This document shows, one piece after another, positions 57,042-64,000 of a stretch of 64,000 nt of DNA. The notes below the pieces were generated by a model. The model did no database searches, was not told the DNA's origin, and was given only the letters and a program-made list of their open reading frames with translations. A program made the translations under genes and the position numbers. Every line of letters begins with the position of its first letter. Position 1 is the stretch's first letter. The stretch covers positions 27,549 through 91,548 of the IMG/VR virus record IMGVR_UViG_3300020160_000289. One strand, given 5' to 3'. The stretch comes from a virus.

Positions 57042-60000
57042 TGGCTAAAGATTTATCTCAGGTATCAGATAAAAACGAACCTACAACTAGAAAATCTGTT
57101 AATCTATTGCCTGTTTTATTTAGAACAGACAAAAATTCAAAATTTTTAGCAGGAACACTTGATCAGTTAATACAACCTCCGCAACTAAAAAGAATTGACG
57201 GATGGGTGGGTAGTAAAATTACCCCTACATTTAATTCAAGTACTGATAATTACTTGCCTTCGAACTTAAAACTAAGACAAGATTATCAGGTTGAGCCATC
57301 ATTAGTAGTAACTAACAAGCTCTTACAAGTTACTAAAACAACGTCATACGATGATGTAATAAATCAACTTAATTTTGAAGGAGCAAATACTTCAAAATTA
57401 AACAGATTGTTTAACCCTGAAGTTTATTCCTACGATCCTCACATTGACTGGGATAAGTTCATTAACTTTGAAAAATACTATTGGCTTCCAAACGGTCCGG
57501 ATGCAGTTGTAATAACTGATAAGACAAAAGAAGTTGTTAGTACATACAATGTAACTGATACTGCTGATGGAAATTATTTTGTATTTTCGCCAGACGGTCT
57601 TACGCCTATTCCTCAAATAACTTTATATAGGGGAGTTACCTATAAATTTAATATTAATTCTGATAAAACATTTTGGATTAAAACTGCCAGGGTGGCAGGC
57701 AAGGAAGCACCATTTCGATCAGTTGAAAACAACGGAATTAAAAAAGGAGTTGTTACATTAACTGTTAATAATTTAACACCGTTCACCTTGTATTTTGTGT
57801 CCGAAGAAAACGCAGTCAACGGCGGCGAAATTGTTATTAAGAAGATTGAAGAAAACACATTCATTGATGTTGAAAATGAAATCGTAGGAAAACAAAATTA
57901 TACATCTACTAACGGAATAGAATTGACCAATGGATTAAAAATTAAATTCGTTGGAACTGTTATACCCGAAACGTATGCTAACAAAGAATTTATTGTAGAA
58001 GGTGTAGGCGATAAAATCAAATTAATTGATATAGATTCTTTATCGAATCCAGAAAAATATGCTCCGGTATTTGATGAAAGATATGATAATAGCGGGTTTG
58101 ATTCTTTAGGGTATGATCAACAAAGTGCTCTTGCCACCGTGCCAGATTATATAACCATTAACAGATCTAGTCAAGATAGAAACGCTTGGAGTCGTTATAA
58201 TCGCTGGTTCCACGAAGATGTACTTATTACGTCAGCTAATGCTAATGGTGTTCCTTTGCTGTTACCGATAGGAAGCAGAGCAAAAAGGCCAATTATTGAA
58301 TTTGAATCAGATCTTCAATTATACAATTATGGAAGTGTATCTAAACCAAATGTACAATTTGTCGATACCTCTACCAAGGATGTGTTCACTGACATTGAAG
58401 GACAGCTAGGTTATTACGTCGACGGACAAGAATTAGGTCAAGGCGACAGAATTATATTCACAGCTGATAACGATTCTTTTGTAAACGGAAAAACATTTAT
58501 AGTTAATTTTATAAATTTAAACGGAAAGTTTAGGATTAATTTAGAGGAAGAAGCAGATGTTACCCCTAGCGTGGGAGATTCTGTAACAGTTACTAAAGGG
58601 ACAACATACAAAGGTACTAACTGGTGGTACAACGGTACAACTTGGGTATATTCTCAGCAAAAAGAAAAAGTAAATCAATGTCCAAAATTTGATATTTTCG
58701 ACATCAATGGTATAAGCTATAGTGATACTTCTGTATATAATACATTATTTGCTGGATCAAAAGTTTTTGGTTATTCAATGGGAACTGGTGCCAATGATCC
58801 TATTTTAGGATTTCCGTTAAGCTATAAAAATATTGCTAATCAAGGATATTATCTGTTTAAAAATTATTTTATGACAGATCAAAGTTTCATTATTAATAAA
58901 CAAATTGATGTCTCTGCCGGTTACCTAAAGAAAAACATTTCTAAATCAAACTATTCGTATATAAATGTTTGGTCAGATAAGCAACCTTATGATATTCCTA
59001 TACTTCAATATCAGGTAATAACTGAAGGTACTACTGATATAGAAATAACATCTGTGTCTAATCCTGGATATCAAAATTTAGAAATTGACGTCTTTGTTAA
59101 CAACGTAAAGAAAACACTTCAAACAGATTATACTCTTTATGCTAATGGTAGAAGGTATTACGTTATTTTTAAATCTTCATTGGCAACAGGCAGTACTGTT
59201 TTATTAAAAATTAGAACTTCGGGAACTATAAGCGATACAGGAAGTTATGAAACTTCGATTGGTTGGACAAATAATCCTCTAAACGGTCCTATCGCAGAGT
59301 TTACTTTAAGTGAGCTGTCTGATCACGTTAAATCGATGGTCGATCGACATCCTGACTTCAAAGGATCGTTTCCCGGAACGAGTAATATTCGAAATCTTAA
59401 AACATTATCTTCTTATGGAACACGATTAGTTTCTAATCAAAATCCTCTTGCGTTTGCCGGATATTTTATTGCCAACGACGAGTTTAATTTAATTTCCGCA
59501 ACAAGATTAGTCAGTAAGCATTATAATCAATTTAAACTAGGTCTAATTGATCAAATTTCTAAATTGGCAGGTAAGTACTCGCCTATACAGGCATTAGATA
59601 TTGCTCTTTATAACATGAATGTGAATAAGGATACATCATTTCCTTATTCGTTAAGCGATATGCTAGGCTACGGTACTAATGCTGTAACAAGAGAATATCC
59701 TGTAACAGACAGCAGAAATAAAACATATTCTTTACTTTCTAATTTTAAGTTAACTGATGTATCTACCCGAGCTGTTATTGTTTATCAGATTACTGCCTCC
59801 GGAAAAATTAATCAATTATTAGCAGGAATAGATTACGAATTTGATTTATACGATTCGTCTGTTCATATTAACATATCATTATCTAAAGGAGATACAATTA
59901 GGATTGATGATTATCCTGATACTCAAGGATGTTTTGTTCCACCGACTCCTTCTAAATTAGGTCTGTATCCAAAATTTGCTCCTAGGATTTATCTAGACGA

Positions 60001-63000
60001 CACGTATGCCGATACTCCTCAACGGGTCATCGAAGGGCACGACGGCAGTATTATGCTTGCCTACGGCGATGATCGAGATGACATAATTTTAGAATACGAA
60101 AAGCGTGTATTTAATAATATTAAAACAAACTACAATCCGGAGTTAGTAAACATTGATTCTGTGAGACCTGGAGCATTTAGATCTAACGATTATACTCCTA
60201 CAGAAATTAATAATATTCTTTCAAGAGAATTTTTAAAATGGGATTCTTTTTACGGATTTAATTATTCTGATAATACAACAACGGGTGATAGTCCCAAAAC
60301 TTGGAATTTTAGATCAGGTAAAGATCTTGTAACTAAATTACCATTGCCTGGTAATTGGAGAGCAATTTACAAATATTTCTTTGATACAGATAGACCTCAT
60401 ACCAACCCTTGGGAAATGTTAGGCTTACCAATTAAGCCAAAATGGTGGGACGCAGTATATGGAGTTGCTCCATATACCAGGGGTAATGAAATACTTTGGG
60501 ATGACCTTGAGAATGGTGTAATAAGAGATCCTGCCGGTATTAAAACTAACAAATTTTATTCTCGACCAGGCCTATCGTCCATTATTCCTGTAAACGACAG
60601 CGGCGAATTGTTGATGCCAAATGCAGCTAATATTGCTACTAATCTTAATTTCTTAGATTTAGATAGTAATTGGGCATTTGGTGATATGGGACCAGTTGAA
60701 ACGGCCTGGAGACGTAGCAGTAACTATCCATTCGCTTTACAAATCTTATCAGCATTGACGCATCCTGCTAGCTACAGCTCACTGTTATTTGACACCAGTC
60801 GAATGAAATTAAGCCCGGCAGGACATTATGTCTACGGAGACTTTAATGATTATATCAGTTTTGATGTATTAAAAATATATCAAGATGTAGTTGACGATTC
60901 AACAATTTTATCTGCAGGTTACAGCGTATTCTTAATTGAAGCCGGAAAGCAACGAAATAAAGATTACATCACTAAATTAAAAAATGAAATTGCCTTATTG
61001 ACATCTAGATTAAGCTATAAAGCAGGCGGCTTTATTAATAAAGATAAGTTTAAAATCATAATTGATTCTGTTAACCCTAATTCTAGTAATCCTGGAGTAT
61101 CTCTATCTAACGAAGACTATGAAGTTTTCTTAGATAAGAGCAGTCCTATTAAGAGTTTAGGTGTAAGCGGAGTAATCGTACAGAAAACAAATAAAGGATA
61201 TTCAATTAGAGGATACGATACTAAAGATCCTTACTTTACTTGCCTAATGCCTGTCTTTTCTTCTGTTGATCCTGCGATTACTATCGGCGGAAAAAGTGAA
61301 ACATACGTTGAATGGACACCGTCTTCCTTTAATCCAATGTCGGGATTTGATACAACTTCCATTAGTACCAATGACGGATATAAATTTTATAAGCAAGGAC
61401 AAATTGTAAAATATCAAAATTTATTTTACAGATGTACAATAAGTCATAATGCCGGTACTTCTTTTAATACAGCAAACTTTCAAAAATTAGTCTCAATTCC
61501 TACAAAGGGAGGAGTTACTATACAAATTCCAAGTCGTTGGGAAAAAACCACTATAGAAATTCCTTATGGGACTGAATACGAAAATATCTCAGATCTATAT
61601 TCAGTCTTAATTGGATACGGACATTGGTTAGAAACCCAAGGATTAATTTTTGATGAATATAATTCTGAGTTAGGCGAATTATTAGATTGGACATTTACTT
61701 CAAAAGAAGCCATTTATTGGGCCACACAAAATTGGGCAGTAGGCAGTGTTATCACACTAAGCCCGTTTGCTTCTATACTAAAATTTAGCAGTAGTGTTGC
61801 CGTCGTTGATGATTTGACTAATATTTTTTACGAGTACAGTATACTAAAAGCAGACGGTGCTGCACTACCGGTTAAAAATATCTCCACAGTAAGAGATGAA
61901 AGTTTGTTCAAACTTACAACAACCAACACAACTGATGGAATTTATTTTGTAAGATTAAATTTGGTACAAAAGGAACATACTATTGTTCTTGATAACAGTA
62001 CACAATTTAATGATATCATTTACGATATCGAAACAGGATATAGACAACGAAGAATTAAACTGTTAGGCTTTGTTACAGATAACTGGAACGGAGATATCTT
62101 TAGTCCCGGGTTTATATATGATGAAGCAAATATTTCTTCTTGGGAAAGATACAAAGATTATTCTGTCGGCGATGTAGTATTCTTTTCCGGCAATTACTAT
62201 GTTGCCAATATAAAGTTAGTTGGGACTGAAAACTTTAACTATAATAATTGGAGTGTACTAGGAGAAAAACCCGTTGCCCAGTTGTTGCCTAATTTTGATT
62301 ATAAGATCAATCAGTTTGAAGATTTTTATAGTTTAGATATAGATAATTTTGATATTTCTCAACAACAACTATCACAGCATTTAACTGGATATAGTCCTCG
62401 ACAATACCTTGACAACATATTTGTTGATTCTATTGCCCAGTACAAATTTTATCAAGGGTTTATCAAAGAAAAAGGTACTAAAAATACTATTGATAAACTA
62501 GGAAAAGCAAGTATTGTTTCTCAAGGAAGTTACATTGACTTCTATGAAAATTGGGCAGTAAGAATTGGAGAGTATGGATCTTTTCCAACAAGCCAGACTC
62601 TTGAATTTAATTTAGACGAAACTAAATTTAAAGAAAATCCACAAATTGTTAAATTTGTTGATATTCCTCCAGTTGAACCTAACGAGTTTATAAATTACAG
62701 AACACCTAGTCAGGTTGTTATTAAACCTGATAACTATGATAACAATCCGTTTGTTACATCTAATTCATTAGCATCTAGCGGTACATTATTGCCTACGGCA
62801 GGGTATGTGAGATTAGACGATGTAACCGCGACTGCGTTTAACAAAAATAGTTTATTAGACGTTGCCAACAATCGTGGAATCAGGGATGGCGATACAGTAT
62901 GGATTGGATTTAATTCAAACGGTGACTGGGACGTTACTAGATATTCACAAATTGAAACAACAGTTATAGATGCTGCAATTTATATTCCCGGCGTATCTCT

Positions 63001-64000
63001 GTTATTAACCACAGACTATTTCCATGGTTTAAGAACCGGTGACCTAATAAGCGTAAGTCAGTTTGATTCTCAAGTTGATGGAATATACACTGTTGAAGCT
63101 GTTCCTGAATTAAATCAAATTATTGTTAGTTCTGTTCTATCCGATTTAACAATACCATTTAGTCCTGCTATTGGATTAATTTTTAAATTTATAAGTTCTA
63201 GATTTGAAACCTTTGACGATTTGGCAGACTTGCCTACACTTCACAGATTTGAAACCGGAGAAAAAGTTTGGATTGATAATACAGATATTACCTCTGATGA
63301 GTCTAAGTGGGCAGTTTATGAAAAGATAGATAATTTTTTAATTGATAAGTTTGAGTCTCCTTATAATGAGTATGAGTTGACTAGTAATCAAAGATTTGGA
63401 TATGCTATAACAGGAAATTCCCAAGGAACTCATATTGCTATTAGTTCTCCAAATTATCTTTCTCCTGTATCTCAAACAGCAGGAAGAATTTATACATATA
63501 GAAAAACAGGTCCAGGTGTCAGTGATTTAACATACACAGGAAATATTTTACCTAATGTAACAAGTATCCAAACTTATTTTACAGGAACAAATGTTTCTAG
63601 CTTTGGATCAGTAATGAAATTTGACAGCGACAATGATATTATCATTGCCGGAGCTCCACTAGCATCTGGTGTTCGATATTCTCTATCAGCAAACAAATTC
63701 AGTCCAGTGTCGTCTTCAAGTTTATATTTTCCTCCTAATAACTATATAGAACAGGGATTTATTACATTAACAAGAATTAATTTTGAAGAGGCCAGCTCTC
63801 CTGCTAGAATTGCTCTAGCTAGTCCACAGCCGCAGGCAGGAGCACGTTTTGGATCGGAAATTTTCTTAGGTAATATTACATCTTCTCAAAAGATTTTATT
63901 TGTATCAAGTCCTGAACAAGACGGTGTGGGCGCCGTACATTATACTAAGATCAATGTTAGCTCTTTAACTTCAATTGTTGATTCTGGGGTATCTGTTACA
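57041..64000 (+). CDS. Very large baseplate wedge/fibre protein (gp7-position), truncated at window end
   Basis: ATG at 57041 overlaps the gp6 TAA. MAKDLSQVSDKNEPTTRKSVNLLPVLFRTD.. stays in frame to the window end (>=2320 aa; spot-checked at the start, the end and internal motifs). FG-GAP-like repeats near 63400-63950. Confidence 0.8.
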   Translation, partial: MAKDLSQVSDKNEPTTRKSVNLLPVLFRTDKNSKFLAGTLDQLIQPPQLKRIDGWVGSKITPTFNSSTDNYLPSNLKLRQDYQVEPSLVVTNKLLQVTKTTSYDDVINQLNFEGANTSKLNRLFNPEVYSYDPHIDWDKFINFEKYYWLPNGPDAVVITDKTKEVVSTYNVTDTADGNYFVFSPDGLTPIPQITLYRGVTYKFNINSDKTFWIKTARVAGKEAPFRSVENNGIKKGVVTLTVNNLTPFTLYFVSEENAVNGGEIVIKKIEENTFIDVENEIVGKQNYTSTNGIELTNGLKIKFVGTVIPETYANKEFIVEGVGDKIKLIDIDSLSNPEKYAPVFDERYDNSGFDSLGYDQQSALATVPDYITINRSSQDRNAWSRYNRWFHEDVLITSANANGVPLLLPIGSRAKRPIIEFESDLQLYNYGSVSKPNVQFVDTSTKDVFTDIEGQLGYYVDGQELGQGDRIIFTADNDSFVNGKTFIVNFINLNGKFRINLEEEADVTPSVGDSVTVTKGTTYKGTNWWYNGTTWVYSQQKEKVNQCPKFDIFDINGISYSDTSVYNTLFAGSKVFGYSMGTGANDPILGFPLSYKNIANQGYYLFKNYFMTDQSFIINKQIDVSAGYLKKNISKSNYSYINVWSDKQPYDIPILQYQVITEGTTDIEITSVSNPGYQNLEIDVFVNNVKKTLQTDYTLYANGRRYYVIFKSSLATGSTVLLKIRTSGTISDTGSYETSIGWTNNPLNGPIAEFTLSELSDHVKSMVDRHPDFKGSFPGTSNIRNLKTLSSYGTRLVSNQNPLAFAGYFIANDEFNLISATRLVSKHYNQFKLGLIDQISKLAGKYSPIQALDIALYNMNVNKDTSFPYSLSDMLGYGTNAVTREYPVTDSRNKTYSLLSNFKLTDVSTRAVIVYQITASGKINQLLAGIDYEFDLYDSSVHINISLSKGDTIRIDDYPDTQGCFVPPTPSKLGLYPKFAPRIYLDDTYADTPQRVIEGHDGSIMLAYGDDRDDIILEYEKRVFNNIKTNYNPELVNIDSVRPGAFRSNDYTPTEINNILSREFLKWDSFYGFNYSDNTTTGDSPKTWNFRSGKDLVTKLPLPGNWRAIYKYFFDTDRPHTNPWEMLGLPIKPKWWDAVYGVAPYTRGNEILWDDLENGVIRDPAGIKTNKFYSRPGLSSIIPVNDSGELLMPNAANIATNLNFLDLDSNWAFGDMGPVETAWRRSSNYPFALQILSALTHPASYSSLLFDTSRMKLSPAGHYVYGDFNDYISFDVLKIYQDVVDDSTILSAGYSVFLIEAGKQRNKDYITKLKNEIALLTSRLSYKAGGFINKDKFKIIIDSVNPNSSNPGVSLSNEDYEVFLDKSSPIKSLGVSGVIVQKTNKGYSIRGYDTKDPYFTCLMPVFSSVDPAITIGGKSETYVEWTPSSFNPMSGFDTTSISTNDGYKFYKQGQIVKYQNLFYRCTISHNAGTSFNTANFQKLVSIPTKGGVTIQIPSRWEKTTIEIPYGTEYENISDLYSVLIGYGHWLETQGLIFDEYNSELGELLDWTFTSKEAIYWATQNWAVGSVITLSPFASILKFSSSVAVVDDLTNIFYEYSILKADGAALPVKNISTVRDESLFKLTTTNTTDGIYFVRLNLVQKEHTIVLDNSTQFNDIIYDIETGYRQRRIKLLGFVTDNWNGDIFSPGFIYDEANISSWERYKDYSVGDVVFFSGNYYVANIKLVGTENFNYNNWSVLGEKPVAQLLPNFDYKINQFEDFYSLDIDNFDISQQQLSQHLTGYSPRQYLDNIFVDSIAQYKFYQGFIKEKGTKNTIDKLGKASIVSQGSYIDFYENWAVRIGEYGSFPTSQTLEFNLDETKFKENPQIVKFVDIPPVEPNEFINYRTPSQVVIKPDNYDNNPFVTSNSLASSGTLLPTAGYVRLDDVTATAFNKNSLLDVANNRGIRDGDTVWIGFNSNGDWDVTRYSQIETTVIDAAIYIPGVSLLLTTDYFHGLRTGDLISVSQFDSQVDGIYTVEAVPELNQIIVSSVLSDLTIPFSPAIGLIFKFISSRFETFDDLADLPTLHRFETGEKVWIDNTDITSDESKWAVYEKIDNFLIDKFESPYNEYELTSNQRFGYAITGNSQGTHIAISSPNYLSPVSQTAGRIYTYRKTGPGVSDLTYTGNILPNVTSIQTYFTGTNVSSFGSVMKFDSDNDIIIAGAPLASGVRYSLSANKFSPVSSSSLYFPPNNYIEQGFITLTRINFEEASSPARIALASPQPQAGARFGSEIFLGNITSSQKILFVSSPEQDGVGAVHYTKINVSSLTSIVDSGVSVT

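Noticed and set aside
1-64000. CRISPR arrays, tRNAs, transposases, integrases, diversity-generating retroelement, alternative genetic code
   Set aside because: No repeat-spacer arrays, cloverleafs, RT or recombinase motifs seen; core genes are full length in the standard code

Overview
This is a 64-kb piece of a large T4-like (myovirus) phage genome in the standard genetic code, made up almost entirely of virion-assembly genes. The minus strand from 1 to 38.4 kb carries a cluster of giant fibre/appendage proteins, then small structural genes, the head module (gp23 capsid, gp22 scaffold, gp21 protease, two core-like genes, gp20 portal) and a tape-measure-like gene. The fibre proteins contain collagen, beta-helix, LamG and Thr-rich repeats. 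The middle holds gp26/gp51-like chaperones, a ~460-nt highly structured non-coding region, a GIY-YIG nuclease, an Hc1-like DNA-binding protein, gp46/gp47 and the gp55 late sigma factor. The plus strand from 45.6 kb is the baseplate module (gp48-like, gp53, hub, gp5 spike with a muramidase domain, gp25, gp6 and a truncated >2300-aa wedge/fibre protein). TAAATA late-promoter motifs, two sigma70-type promoters and intrinsic terminators are visible. Four observations stand out. (1) Two paralogous giant beta-helix proteins carry 18 tandem ~140-aa helical repeats that match the phycobiliprotein fold in register, and all keep the bilin-attachment C-x-R-D motif. (2) There is a large, probably pseudoknotted ncRNA candidate plus a hairpin cluster behind the GIY-YIG gene. 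(3) A T-TTT-TTC -1 frameshift site could fuse the gp26- and gp51-like genes. (4) Two late genes have compact junction-type leader RNAs. All assignments come from manual motif recognition; no searches were run.
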